Shown: one piece after another, positions 48,395-60,635 of the stretch
Position numbering within the stretch: position 1 is the first letter of the stretch
Layout: each line of letters begins with the position of its first letter
Assembly: GCA_902602845.1 (NCBI GenBank)
Contig: CACKSN010000001.1
Coordinates: forward strand, 24,622 to 88,621
Length of the DNA: 64,000 nt
Direction of reading: 5' to 3'
From: an uncultured Alphaproteobacteria bacterium
Lineage (GTDB): Bacteria > Pseudomonadota > Alphaproteobacteria > HIMB59 > GCA-002718135
Notes under the pieces: generated by a model
What the model was told of the DNA's origin: nothing
The model's input: the letters and a program-made list of their open reading frames with translations, nothing else
Databases searched by the model: none
Position numbers and translations under genes: made by a program

Positions 48395-49951
48395 TTATAC
48401 TCCTCTTATTTCTAAATTTGATGAATTTTCTTTTATAGACTTTGATTTTTTGAATATAAGTCTATTAAGAGCATTGATGTATGCTTTTGCTGAGGCAACT
48501 ATTATGTCAGGATCACTCCCTTTAGCTTGAGATGTCAAATCATTATCTTCTAATCTTACAGTAACTTCACCTTGTGCATCAGTTCCAGCGGTAATAGCAT
48601 TAACTTGATATAGTTTTAAGCTATAATTAGTTAATGTAAGTTTTTTTATTGCATTAAATGTAGCATCAACTGGACCATTACCATTTGTTTTAATTGAGCT
48701 TAATTTACTATTCATTTCAATCTTTAAACTTGCCTCAGGTTTTTCTAATGATCCTGCATTCACTTCTAGCGATACAAACTTAATGTGTTCATCATAAGAT
48801 GCAGATCTATCTTCAGCTAATGCAATTAAATCCTCTTCAAAAATTTCTTTTTTCTTATCAGCTAAATCTTTAAATCTTCCAAATAATTCCATCAAAGCAT
48901 TATCTCCAGGCTCATAACCAAGTTCTTTCAATTTTTCCGAAAAAGCATGTTTACCTGAATGTTTCCCTAAGACTAAAGAAGATTTATTAAGACCAACGGA
49001 CTCTGGAGTCATAATTTCATAAGTTCCAGAATGTTTTAACATACCGTCTTGATGAATTCCTGCTTCATGTGCGAAAGCATTAGCGCCAACAATAGCTTTA
49101 TTTGGTTGAACTGGAAATCCAGTAATTGATGAGACTAATCTAGAAGCTTTCATTATAGACTCAGTCTTTATATCTGTATGAAAAGGCATTAGATCTCTCT
49201 TTACTTTTAAAGTCATTACGATTTCTTCGAGAGAAGAATTTCCTGCTCTTTCTCCCATACCATTAATAGTACATTCAACTTGTCTTGCACCCTCTTGTAT
49301 AGCTGCAACATTATTAGCAGTTGCTAATCCAAGATCGTTATGGGTATGAGTAGATAGAATAGCTTTATCAATATTAGAGACATTTTCTCTTACATTTTTA
49401 AATATTTTTCCAAATTCTTCAGGTAGAGTGTAACCAACTGTATCTGGTATATTAATTGTTGTTGCGCCACATTTTATAGCCAATTCAATACATTTATAAA
49501 GAAAATTTAAATCAGACCTTCCACCATCTTCACAACTCCATTCAATATTATCACATAAGCTTCTTGCATGTGTTACAGTTTTTTTAATAGCTTCCAAAAC
49601 TTCATCTTCAGTTTTCTTTAATTTGAATTTCATATGAAGTGGGCTTGTAGCAATAAATGTATGAATGCGAGGCGATTTTGCATGCTTAACAGCTTCCCAT
49701 GCTCTATCTATATCTTTTAAACTTGCTCTTGCTAGACCAGCAATTGTTGAATGTTTAACATTTTTACTTACTTCACAAACTGCTTCAAAATCTCCATTTG
49801 ATGCAATAGGGAAGCCAGCCTCAATAATATCAACTCTCATTGAATCTAATACTTCAGCAATTTGAAGTTTTTCATCTAAATTCATCGATGCCCCTGGAGA
49901 CTGCTCTCCATCTCGAAGAGTTGTGTCAAAAATATAAATTTTTTCAGTCAT
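48395..49951 (-). CDS. leuA: 2-isopropylmalate synthase
   Basis: 518 aa. IFDTTLRDGEQSPG and HTHNDLGLA motifs, plus a C-terminal LeuA regulatory domain. Confidence 0.95.
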   Translation of the reverse strand: MTEKIYIFDTTLRDGEQSPGASMNLDEKLQIAEVLDSMRVDIIEAGFPIASNGDFEAVCEVSKNVKHSTIAGLARASLKDIDRAWEAVKHAKSPRIHTFIATSPLHMKFKLKKTEDEVLEAIKKTVTHARSLCDNIEWSCEDGGRSDLNFLYKCIELAIKCGATTINIPDTVGYTLPEEFGKIFKNVRENVSNIDKAILSTHTHNDLGLATANNVAAIQEGARQVECTINGMGERAGNSSLEEIVMTLKVKRDLMPFHTDIKTESIMKASRLVSSITGFPVQPNKAIVGANAFAHEAGIHQDGMLKHSGTYEIMTPESVGLNKSSLVLGKHSGKHAFSEKLKELGYEPGDNALMELFGRFKDLADKKKEIFEEDLIALAEDRSASYDEHIKFVSLEVNAGSLEKPEASLKIEMNSKLSSIKTNGNGPVDATFNAIKKLTLTNYSLKLYQVNAITAGTDAQGEVTVRLEDNDLTSQAKGSDPDIIVASAKAYINALNRLIFKKSKSIKENSSNLEIRGV

Positions 49952-49993
49952 TTTACTAATTATACACTAATCAAAATATTATTAAACTTTCAT

Positions 49994-51554
<1,561 letters not shown>

Positions 51555-51555
<1 letters not shown>

Positions 51556-53321
51556 TAAACTAAAATTTTTCCTTTTTCGGCTGACTTTTTATCTTGTTTT
51601 TGATCTTTACTTAACATCATTTCGTTATGAGCAGATCCGCTTTGAATCATAGGAAAACAATTCTCTTCTTTTGTAACCCATATATCAGCAATTACTGTAT
51701 CATTAGTTTCAATCATTTGAGTTATAACATTGTCAAGTTCATCAGTCGTCTTTGCTCTTAAACCAACAGCTTTATAACTTTCAGCTAACTTAACAAAATC
51801 TGGTAAACTATCAGTATAACTTTCAGAATACCTTCCGCCATGTAAAAGTTCTTGCCATTGTCTTACCATTCCCATGTATTCATTGTTTAAAATAAATATT
51901 TTTACAGGTAACCTGTATTGAACAGCCGTACTCATTTCTTGAATGTTCATAAGTATAGAGGCATCTCCTGCTATATCTACTACTAAGGCATCTGGATGTC
52001 CAACTTGGGCTCCAATTGCAGCAGGAAATCCGTATCCCATAGTTCCCAAACCTCCTGATGTAAGCCATCTATTTGGTTCCTCAAATTTATAGAATTGAGC
52101 AGCCCACATTTGATGCTGACCTACCTCAGTAGTAACAAATGTTTTTGTATTTTTTGTTAACTCATAGAGCCTTTGAACAGCGTATTGAGGCTTGATTTGC
52201 TTACCTTCATTATTATAGTTAAGACAATCTATTTCTTTCCATTTATTAATTTTATCCCACCATAATGTTAGTGACTCAGAGTCTATTTTATATTTTTTGT
52301 CTTTCCAAACAGTAATCATTTTTTCAACGACTGCCTTAACATCACCAATTATAGGAACATCAACATTTATTGTTTTATTGATATTACTTTCATCAATATC
52401 AATGTGGATTTTTTTTGAATTAGGAGAGAAAGCATCAAGTCTTCCTGTAACTCTATCATCAAATCTTGCCCCAATATTAATCATCACATCACATTCATGC
52501 ATTGCCATATTAGCCTCATACATTCCATGCATACCAAGCATGCCAAGTGAATTTTTATCTGATGAACCTACTACACCAAGGCCCATTAATGTCATTGTAA
52601 CTGGTGATCCAACCATATCTATAAATTCTCTAACTAATTTTGAAGCTTTAGGTCCAGAGTTAATACATCCACCACCAATATAAAATATTGGTTTTTTTGC
52701 TTTAGAAATTAATTCTACCGCTTCATCAATTTTATTTTTTTCAAAATCAGGACTTGGCTCAAACAGCCTATGAGAAGGAATAATAATTTTATTTTTTTCT
52801 TCATAAGTTCCTGATGCAAATTGAACATCTTTTGGTATGTCAATTAATACAGGTCCTGGTCTTCCATTTTGAGCAATTGTAAACGCTTCATGGAATACAG
52901 AAGATAATTTATTTACGTCCTTAACTAAATAGTTATGTTTAGTACAAGGTCTCGTTATACCTGTCGTGTCACATTCTTGAAATGCATCGCTACCAATCAA
53001 GTGTTGTGGAACTTGTCCAGTTATACATACGATAGGTACACTATCCATCATTGCATCAGTTAATCCCGTTACAACATTTGTTGCGCCAGGTCCTGATGTT
53101 ACTAGCACTACTCCAGTTTTACCGGTTGACCTAGCATAACCTTCAGCTGCATGTATCGCACCACCCTCTTGTCTTACTAAAACGTGCTTAATTGAATTCT
53201 GTTTAAATAAAGTATCGTATATGGGTAATACTGCACCACCAGGATATCCAAATACAACTTCTACGCCTTGTTCAGCTAAGCTTTTTAAGACAATTTCAGC
53301 ACCTGTTATTTCATTGTTCAT
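51555..53321 (-). CDS. ilvB: acetolactate synthase large subunit
   Basis: 588 aa. TPP enzyme motifs (GYPGGA, GLGTMGYGFPAAIGA, GDASILMNIQE). Confidence 0.95.
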
Positions 53322-53368
53322 TGATTTTAGCTCATAGGCTGTGGATAAAATAAAATCAATAAATTAGT

Positions 53369-54292
53369 TCAATTTTGATCTAAATTAATGGATTTTAAGT
53401 CAATTTCGTCTGGAAATTGATCAAATTTTTTAAAAATTTTAAGATTTGATGATCTCCACCAGGTATGCTGCCTCTTTACATAATTTCTTGTGACCTGCTG
53501 AATTTTAGAAATACATTCTTCAATTGACACTTCGTTATTAAGATAAGATTTAATTTCAGGAACTCCATGAGCTTTCATTATTGGTAAACTATTTTTATAA
53601 TTTAATTTTAGCAAATTTTTGACTTCCTCTATTGCGCCATCTTCCATCATCAAATGTGTTCTGTGATTTACTCTGTTGTAATTATCATTTCTATCGGGAA
53701 GAAATAGTAAAATTTTATAATTTTTTAAATTAATAAAATTTTTGTTTTTACTTTTTTTCCAGTCACTAAATTTTTTTTTAGTAAAAAAATTTACCTCCCA
53801 TATTCTTCTTATTCTTTGGATATCGTTAGGTGCAATATTAATCATTGCATCACTATCAAGCTCTTTAACTAGATTAAAAAAATTTTCCTTACCAATTTTT
53901 AAAATAATTTTATCCGATTCTATTTTTAATGTTTCTGGGATTTTTGGAATGGAGACTATTCCATTAATTAATGTATCTATGTAAAGACCTGCACCTCCAA
54001 CTAAAATAGGAGTTATATTATTATCAATCAAATAATTAATTTTTTTTGTTGCTTCTTCACACCATTTTTGAACATTAAACCTAACATCACCTTTTACAAA
54101 ACCATAAAGATGGTGATTTATTTTTTTTTGATCATTTATAGTTGGTCTAGCAGTTAAGATGCGTAACTCACTATAAATCTGCATACTATCAGCATTTATA
54201 ATCTCGCCATTTAATTTACTAGCTAAACTTAAAGCAAATTTCGATTTACCTGATGCAGTTGGTCCTAATACAAAATAGATTTGAGGTTTCAA
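53369..54292 (-). CDS. miaA: tRNA dimethylallyltransferase
   Basis: 307 aa. P-loop GPTASGKS and INADSMQIY motif. Confidence 0.92.
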   Translation of the reverse strand: MKPQIYFVLGPTASGKSKFALSLASKLNGEIINADSMQIYSELRILTARPTINDQKKINHHLYGFVKGDVRFNVQKWCEEATKKINYLIDNNITPILVGGAGLYIDTLINGIVSIPKIPETLKIESDKIILKIGKENFFNLVKELDSDAMINIAPNDIQRIRRIWEVNFFTKKKFSDWKKSKNKNFINLKNYKILLFLPDRNDNYNRVNHRTHLMMEDGAIEEVKNLLKLNYKNSLPIMKAHGVPEIKSYLNNEVSIEECISKIQQVTRNYVKRQHTWWRSSNLKIFKKFDQFPDEIDLKSINLDQN

Positions 54293-55662
54293 TTATTTTT
54301 AAATTTTATTGTTACCCAATTTTGTTCATCATCTCTAATTATTTTTAGTAGTAATGAAGATCTACCTGTTTTTTCTAGAGAATTTACTAACTTTTCAAAA
54401 GAAATCATATTTTTAACAATCTCTCTATTAACTTCAGTGATTATATCTCCCTTTTGTAAACTACTATCAACATCATCAATTGAAATTACTTTGACTCCAC
54501 TATTATAGTCTTCAATAGTAATTCCTAAAGATTCTATTTTTAAATTACTTTGCTCATCTTGAATTGTATTTCTTTCAGTAACTACTTCTCCTGGTAATTC
54601 TCCTAATATTACTTCAATATTAATCTTTTTATTTTTTCTCCAAACTTCTAAGATTGCAGTAGAGCCTACATCTGACTCTGCAACAACTCTTGGTAAATCA
54701 GGCATCTTTTTAATTTCAATATTATTAAATTTTAAAATTACATCACCTGGTTCTAATCCAGCAGTTTTGGAAGGTCCATTTGGATTTACGTTTGATATAA
54801 ATGCACCTTTTTGATCAGGCAATCCAAGACTTTCTGCAAAATCCTTTGTAACAGGTTGAATTTGTACACCTAGCCAACCCCTTTTAGTTTTTCCAAAATC
54901 TTTTAATTGTTGCACTATTTTTTTTGCACTATTTGCTGGTATTGCAAACCCTAAACCAATACTTCCGCCAGTTTGGGAAACAATTGCAGTGTTAATTCCT
55001 ATTACCTCTCCATCTAAATTAAATAATGGTCCTCCTGAATTACCTCGATTAATAGATGCATCAGTTTGTAAAAATTTAACATATGGCCCGCTACCTAAAT
55101 CTCTAGAGATTGCAGATATAATCCCTGCTGTGACAGTTCCTCCCAAACCAAGAGGATTGCCAATTGCTATTGACCAATCTCCTACCCTCATTGTATCTGA
55201 ATCTCCCCAACCAACATATGTAAGTTTTTTGTTTTTAGGATCAATTTTCAATACAGCTATATCTGCTTTGGGATCTCTTCCTAGTAATTCAGCTGTAAAC
55301 TCTGTTTCATCATTTAAAATAACGGTTATTTCATCAGCTCCTTCAATTACATGATTATTTGTAACAACTATACCATCTTCACTAATTATAAAACCTGACC
55401 CGAGTCCTGTCATTGGTCGTTGAGATCGTCTTTGATCACGATCAAAATATTCTTTAAAAAAATCATCAAAAGGAGATCCCTCTGGAAATTGTGGTATTTG
55501 ATTTTGGTTATTATTTTCAACAATAGTAGTTGATGCAATACTAACTACTGCAGGAGATAATTGCTCTACTAAGTCTGCAAAACTCTCAGGTACAGCAAGT
55601 AATGGTTTTGAAAATAATATAGAAATTAAGAATATAAATTTAATTCTCATATTAATTGTCAT
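54289..55662 (-). CDS. Do/DegQ/HtrA family serine endoprotease
   Basis: 457 aa. Signal peptide, catalytic TNNHV, D, and GNSGGPL motifs, and two PDZ-like C-terminal regions. Confidence 0.92.
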   Translation of the reverse strand: MTINMRIKFIFLISILFSKPLLAVPESFADLVEQLSPAVVSIASTTIVENNNQNQIPQFPEGSPFDDFFKEYFDRDQRRSQRPMTGLGSGFIISEDGIVVTNNHVIEGADEITVILNDETEFTAELLGRDPKADIAVLKIDPKNKKLTYVGWGDSDTMRVGDWSIAIGNPLGLGGTVTAGIISAISRDLGSGPYVKFLQTDASINRGNSGGPLFNLDGEVIGINTAIVSQTGGSIGLGFAIPANSAKKIVQQLKDFGKTKRGWLGVQIQPVTKDFAESLGLPDQKGAFISNVNPNGPSKTAGLEPGDVILKFNNIEIKKMPDLPRVVAESDVGSTAILEVWRKNKKINIEVILGELPGEVVTERNTIQDEQSNLKIESLGITIEDYNSGVKVISIDDVDSSLQKGDIITEVNREIVKNMISFEKLVNSLEKTGRSSLLLKIIRDDEQNWVTIKFKNN

Positions 55663-55852
55663 AATATTTGAACGTTAAATAAATAAGGCATAGTCCTATA
55701 AGCGCGAAAAATAAACTAAAATTTTTAATAGTTTGTGGCTTAATAAGAGCGAGGATATTGAGATATTTCTGTAAATTGTTAGCTAAGAAAAAATATAGTA
55801 TGCCTTCAATGATCAGCACTAGACCTATGCTTATTAGTAAAATTTCAAACAT
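55652..55852 (-). CDS. DUF2065 (YjeT-like) small membrane protein
   Basis: 66 aa, two TM helices. Sits directly downstream of hflC, as yjeT does in E. coli. Confidence 0.6.
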   Translation of the reverse strand: MFEILLISIGLVLIIEGILYFFLANNLQKYLNILALIKPQTIKNFSLFFALIGLCLIYLTFKYYDN

Positions 55853-56757
55853 TAATTTTGGATATCTATTTCACCAAAAAACTTTTCACAAACTTCACCA
55901 GGAGCAATGACCATTGACATCTCTGTGTCACCAAAAGTATCTTTACAAGCTTGCATTGTTCTTAAAAAATCAAAAAATTCCTCATCACGGTTATAGGCAT
56001 CTCCTAGTATTCTGTTCTTTGCAGCATCTCCTTCACCTCTCAATATTGAAGATGTTCTTTCAGCTTCAGCTAAAATAACTGTTTGTTGTCTATCAGCAGA
56101 TGCAACAATTTCTTTGGAAAGCTCTTCACCTTCCGCTCTTAATAAGTTTGCTTCTTTTTCACGTTCAGAACGCATTCTTTGATACACGTTGTTAGAGACT
56201 TGTTCTGTTAAGTCTGTTCTACCAATTCTGATGTCTACAATTTTGACGCCAAAAGAATCTTCATTAACTTTGATTTGTTTTTCAATTTCATTCATTATAT
56301 TAATACGTTCATCACTGAGAAGTGATGTCAATGAATATTGAGCTATTACACCTCTAACAGCAGCATTTATTATCCTTCCAAATCTATCTGAAAAAGTAGT
56401 TTCATTTCTAACTGTCTGATAAAACTTTAATGGATCGACAATGTTATATCTAGCAAACGAATCAACAATAATTCTTTTTTGATCTGAAAGTATCATTTCT
56501 TCGGGTTGTGGATCTAAATTTAGTAATCTTGAGTCTAAAAAAACAGCATCTTGAATAAATGGAATTTTAAATTGAAGACCAGGTTTTGTAACAACTTTTC
56601 TTGGATCACCAAATTGAAGTACCAAAGCTTGTTTAGTTTCATTTACAATAAAAAAAGCTCCTGTAAAAGTAAGGAAGACAATAAATAAAACTAAAACTAT
56701 AAGTAAATTTCTGGCGCTAAATCTCATCTTAATTATTTCCTGACTTTTTAAGTTCAT
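55852..56757 (-). CDS. hflC: protease modulator HflC
   Basis: 301 aa. N-terminal TM helix plus an SPFH/band-7 domain. Follows hflK. Confidence 0.92.
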   Translation of the reverse strand: MNLKSQEIIKMRFSARNLLIVLVLFIVFLTFTGAFFIVNETKQALVLQFGDPRKVVTKPGLQFKIPFIQDAVFLDSRLLNLDPQPEEMILSDQKRIIVDSFARYNIVDPLKFYQTVRNETTFSDRFGRIINAAVRGVIAQYSLTSLLSDERINIMNEIEKQIKVNEDSFGVKIVDIRIGRTDLTEQVSNNVYQRMRSEREKEANLLRAEGEELSKEIVASADRQQTVILAEAERTSSILRGEGDAAKNRILGDAYNRDEEFFDFLRTMQACKDTFGDTEMSMVIAPGEVCEKFFGEIDIQN

Positions 56758-57835
56758 TTAATGGAAGGTAAGGAACTACACCCTGACCATTTCCAGTATC
56801 ATCTAAAATTATTTTATTTTTACCTTCTAAAACTTCTCTTAAAGTTTCTAAATAAATTCTTCTTTTAGTTACTTCTTTCGCATCTTTATAACTGTTGTAA
56901 ACGTCTATAAAATTTTGTGCTACACCTTCTGCTTGTTTAACTACCTGCTCTTTATATGCTGTTGCTGCTTCAACAAGTTTGGCCGCTTCACCACGAGCAT
57001 TAGGCACAATTCTATTTAAATAAGTGTTTGCTTCGTTAACTAATCTTTCTTTATCTTGTCTAGCTCTTTGAACTTCATCAAACGCATCAATAACTTGATC
57101 AGGGGGATCAACACTTTGAAGTTGCACTGATTGTATTAAAACTCCACTTTCATAGGAATCTAAAACCAATTGTAATTCATTTCTTACAACTTGCTCGACC
57201 TCTTGACGACCTTCTGTAAGTAAGAATTGAAGATCTCTTTGACCAACAACTTCACGCACAACACTCTCAGACATATCTTTAACAGTAAGCTCTGGATTTC
57301 TAAGCTTAAATAAAAAATTTCCAGCATCTTTTATTTTAAAGAGTACTGTGAATGCAACATCTGCTATGTTTTGATCACCCGTAAGCATTAAACTTTCTTC
57401 AATTACTTTTCGCTCTGCATTTGAATTTGATCCAAAACCAAGGTCACTTGCACTTCTAAATCCTACATTGATTTTTCTAATTACCTCAACTTTAGGTGTA
57501 ACAGTTTGACCGATTGGTGTTGGGAAAAAGTAATGTAATCCAGGCTCAGTTGTTTGACCATTCCATTTTCCAAATAAAAGCTCTACACCTTGCTCATCAG
57601 GCTCAACTCTGTAAAAACCAGTAGCTAACCATAGTAAAACAGCTACTAATATAAATATTGAAAGATTACGTCTGCCACCAAACTTAAAATTTCCGAATCT
57701 ATCTTTTGCTTTTCTTATGGAGTCTTCAAAATCTCTTCTATTTGGACCATTACCAGACCCTCCTGACCCCCAGGGATTGTTATTTCCCCCTGATCCCCAA
57801 GGATTATTGTCGTTGTTATTTTTATTCCAGCTCAT
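56729..57835 (-). CDS. hflK: FtsH protease modulator HflK
   Basis: 368 aa. Gly/Asn-rich N-terminus (NNPWGSGG twice), TM helix and SPFH domain. Confidence 0.92.
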   Translation of the reverse strand: MSWNKNNNDNNPWGSGGNNNPWGSGGSGNGPNRRDFEDSIRKAKDRFGNFKFGGRRNLSIFILVAVLLWLATGFYRVEPDEQGVELLFGKWNGQTTEPGLHYFFPTPIGQTVTPKVEVIRKINVGFRSASDLGFGSNSNAERKVIEESLMLTGDQNIADVAFTVLFKIKDAGNFLFKLRNPELTVKDMSESVVREVVGQRDLQFLLTEGRQEVEQVVRNELQLVLDSYESGVLIQSVQLQSVDPPDQVIDAFDEVQRARQDKERLVNEANTYLNRIVPNARGEAAKLVEAATAYKEQVVKQAEGVAQNFIDVYNSYKDAKEVTKRRIYLETLREVLEGKNKIILDDTGNGQGVVPYLPLNELKKSGNN

Positions 57836-57921
57836 ATATTATTGATAATATTGGTTCTATCTACTAACACTAATTATATTATTTAATAACTAATATTTGA
57901 ATAAATCTGGAAAAATCAAGT

Positions 57922-58965
57922 ATGTCTGATGAAATTTTATCTTTAATTTACACATTTTCTAAGAAATTTAGTGATCCTGAAACAAATCTTAGTTTTGATC
58001 CTAAAAATCAAAATATTTCTGCGGTTGTAAAAGAAGGCAATGTAAACATTTCCTTACTTGTAAAAGGTCAGAAAAAAGATCTATATCTGAATATAGCAAG
58101 ATTGCTTAAAAATAATGTTGAACAAATCTCTGGAATACTTTCTGTAAATGTAATTGTAAACTCGGATGTAGAAAGTACTAAAACAAATAATAATGATAAT
58201 AAAAGATTTAAAATTGATGCAAAAAATATAGTAGCAATTGCTAGCGGTAAGGGTGGAGTAGGAAAATCAACATTTTCTGTAAATCTTGCCTCAGCATTAA
58301 GCTCACTAGATCTTAAAATTGGTTTACTTGATGCAGATATTTATGGTCCTAGCATTCCTAGAATGATGGGAATTTCAAAAAAACCTGTAATGAACGAGAA
58401 CAAAAAACTTATACCTTTGAAAAATTACGGAATAAAATTGATGTCTATTGGTTTCATTCTAGACTCTGAAGCTCCGACAATTTGGAGAGGTCCTATGGTA
58501 ATGAAAGCTTTAGAACAAATGTTTAATGGAGTTGAATGGGGTGAATTAGACTACCTTATAATTGATCTACCACCTGGGACTGGAGATGCTCAACTTACTT
58601 TGGCTCAAAGTTCAAAACTTTCAGGATCAATTATAATATCCACACCTCAAGATGTAGCTCTTACTGATGCTAGAAAAGGAATAAATATGTTTAAAAAAGT
58701 AAATGTTGATATTCTTGGTATTGTTGAAAATATGAGTTATTTCATATGTAATAATTGTAATCAAAAACATTATATATTTTCAAAAGATGGTGTAAAAAAA
58801 GAAGCTGAAGAGTTTAACATACCTTATTTAGGAGAAATTCCTATTGATACAAATCTAAGAATTCAATCAGACAATGGAATACCTGCTTTAATAGATAATC
58901 CAGATGGTGAAATTTCAAAAAAATTTATATCAATTGCTAAAAACTTAAAAAAATCACTGGATTAA
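57922..58965 (+). CDS. apbC: Mrp/NBP35 family iron-sulfur cluster carrier ATPase
   Basis: 347 aa. Deviant Walker A SGKGGVGKST and a CNNCNQKH (CxxC) motif. Confidence 0.9.
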   Translation: MSDEILSLIYTFSKKFSDPETNLSFDPKNQNISAVVKEGNVNISLLVKGQKKDLYLNIARLLKNNVEQISGILSVNVIVNSDVESTKTNNNDNKRFKIDAKNIVAIASGKGGVGKSTFSVNLASALSSLDLKIGLLDADIYGPSIPRMMGISKKPVMNENKKLIPLKNYGIKLMSIGFILDSEAPTIWRGPMVMKALEQMFNGVEWGELDYLIIDLPPGTGDAQLTLAQSSKLSGSIIISTPQDVALTDARKGINMFKKVNVDILGIVENMSYFICNNCNQKHYIFSKDGVKKEAEEFNIPYLGEIPIDTNLRIQSDNGIPALIDNPDGEISKKFISIAKNLKKSLD

Positions 58966-59801
58966 ACATTCATCAAAGCATCAATTTTTTCATGATGCTG
59001 ATAGTTTATTAATTTAAAATCATTTACTTTGTATTTAAAAAAATCTTTTGTTTCGAATTGAAGCTCAGGTAATTTTTTAGGCACTCTTTCTAATTGGATT
59101 TTAACCTGATCAAAGTGTTCTTTATAGATATGGAAATCTCCTAAGGAATGGATAAAAGTTCCAACTTCTAAATTACACTCTCTAGCTAACATGTGAGTTA
59201 AAAGACTATAACTAGCTATATTAAATGGAACTCCTAAAAACATATCACACGATCTTTGATACAATTGGCAACTTAATTTATTATTAGAAACAAAAAATTG
59301 TGAAAATGCATGACATGCAGGTAGTGACATATTTTTAATCTCAGGGGGGTTCCAAGCTGAAATTATATGACGCCTTCCATTTGGGTCATCTTTTAATCCT
59401 TTAATTAGATTTAAGACTTGATCTTCTCCATTAAAATTTCTCCATTGTACACCATATATTTTACCGACATCACCTTCAAATCGAGCTTTTGGCTTCCAAT
59501 AATCTGCTTCAGCATTTTGCGTCCATATAGTTTTTTTATTTTTTAAATTTTCTCTTGAGTCATTGTATAAAATTTCAGCAAGTCTTCTCTCATCGTCTGA
59601 ACCCTCGATGAACCACAATAACTCTGAAATTACAGCTTTCCATGCTAATTTTTTTGTCGTTATAGCAGGAAAACCTATCGATAAATCATAATACATTTGA
59701 AAACCAAATGATTTTCTTACACTTCCCGCTCTGCTTTCAACATCAGTACCATTATTATAACAATATCTCAAAGCATCTAAGTATTGTTTCATTTTGACCA
59801 A
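58962..59801 (-). CDS. thyA: thymidylate synthase (ThyA type)
   Basis: 279 aa. MKQYLDAL, ISAWNP and LPACHAFSQFFV (catalytic Cys) motifs. The start may be the ATG at 59792. Confidence 0.95.
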   Translation of the reverse strand: MVKMKQYLDALRYCYNNGTDVESRAGSVRKSFGFQMYYDLSIGFPAITTKKLAWKAVISELLWFIEGSDDERRLAEILYNDSRENLKNKKTIWTQNAEADYWKPKARFEGDVGKIYGVQWRNFNGEDQVLNLIKGLKDDPNGRRHIISAWNPPEIKNMSLPACHAFSQFFVSNNKLSCQLYQRSCDMFLGVPFNIASYSLLTHMLARECNLEVGTFIHSLGDFHIYKEHFDQVKIQLERVPKKLPELQFETKDFFKYKVNDFKLINYQHHEKIDALMNV

Positions 59802-60277
59802 ATTTCAAAATGACATGTTGTGTCGCCATCAATTTTTTTAACAATTTTCATATTAGTTTCTATCAAAGATACATCTATAAATTTTTCACAATTATAATTA
59901 CCGTAGATTCTTGTCAGATAAAATTGTTCTATTATGTTAAATGTCAAATTTATTACTTCTGAGCCACCAATTATGAAAATATCCTTGTCTACATGTTCCG
60001 ATTGAACATCGTTAATTTGTTCGTTGACATTTCCACTTAAATAATAATCAGCTCCCTGAATTAATTTTTTGTCTCTGTTAGTAATTAGAATATTAATTCT
60101 AGATTTAAGGGGTGTAGGCATAAAAGGATCTTCCCATGTCTTTCTTCCCATAACCACTATATTATTTATTGTGTTTTGCTTGAACCAGCTCAAATCAATT
60201 GAGTTTTTTGGCCATGGCATACTTTTACCCCTACTAATACCTCCCTTTTCATCGACCGCCATTATCGCTTTAATCAT
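59789..60277 (-). CDS. folA: dihydrofolate reductase
   Basis: 162 aa. MIKAIMAVDEKGGISRGKSMPWP and VVMGRKTWE motifs. Overlaps thyA by 13 nt. Confidence 0.9.
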   Translation of the reverse strand: MIKAIMAVDEKGGISRGKSMPWPKNSIDLSWFKQNTINNIVVMGRKTWEDPFMPTPLKSRINILITNRDKKLIQGADYYLSGNVNEQINDVQSEHVDKDIFIIGGSEVINLTFNIIEQFYLTRIYGNYNCEKFIDVSLIETNMKIVKKIDGDTTCHFEIWSK

Positions 60278-60417
60278 AATTTTATATGTATTGTATTTAA
60301 CTAATATGTAACAATATATTTTAGTAAATAACAGAGTTTAAGACAAAACTTTTAACTGAAGTCGGTTTAGGGTATAAATAATTGTTGATTTATCGACTAT
60401 GATAATAAATGCTTTGT

Positions 60418-60635
60418 GAAATAAGTTATTCGGACCCGGGGGCGGTACCCGGCGTCTCCACCATTAGTAAGGGGACGAAATAGGATCGACGGTAATTGAA
60501 AGACAAAGACTTTATCCGGTATTGTACCACCGTTATCGGGCTATTTTATAAACGCTAACGATAATAGATTAGCACTTGCTGCCTAGATTCTAGGTGAGCG
60601 CGGTTCGGGGCACCGAGCAACAGAACGCCCCATTT
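60418..60635 (+). ncRNA. ssrA: circularly permuted (two-piece) tmRNA; outer boundaries approximate
   Basis: The acceptor piece ends with T-arm ccggg/ggcggta/cccgg (60436-60452), 3' acceptor strand cgtctcc (60453-60459), discriminator A and CCA (60461-60463). The coding piece starts with ggggacg (60471-60477), which pairs with cgtctcc including a G3:U wobble, then gaaataggatcgacgg. The tag ORF GCT AAC GAT AAT AGA TTA GCA CTT GCT GCC TAG (60554-60586) encodes ANDNRLALAA, with the stop inside hairpin cctag-att-ctagg (60582-60594). Confidence 0.85.

Noticed and set aside
52297-52683. Antisense ORFs inside ilvB (52297-52683) and htrA (54989-55354), plus similar short antisense ORFs listed in the track (6151-6357, 8041-8241, 8418-8606, 10501-10746, 14734-15351, 39480-39752, 43636-43866, 48098-48530, 49665-49865, 53742-54508, 60069-60311)
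   Set aside because: Each is wholly or largely inside a well-supported gene on the opposite strand. Gene-dense AT-rich genomes generate many such shadows.
60385-60410. Possible tmRNA promoter (TTGATT / TTGTTG with GATAAT / ATAAAT)
   Set aside because: Several overlapping hexamer choices give spacers from 10 to 17 nt and none is convincing. It cannot be supported without TSS data.
60607-60631. ggggc...gcccc 5-bp stem at the tmRNA 3' end, considered as an intrinsic terminator
   Set aside because: It has a 15-nt loop, only 5 bp of stem and no proper T-tract (attt). It is more likely a structural helix of the tmRNA coding piece, or nothing.
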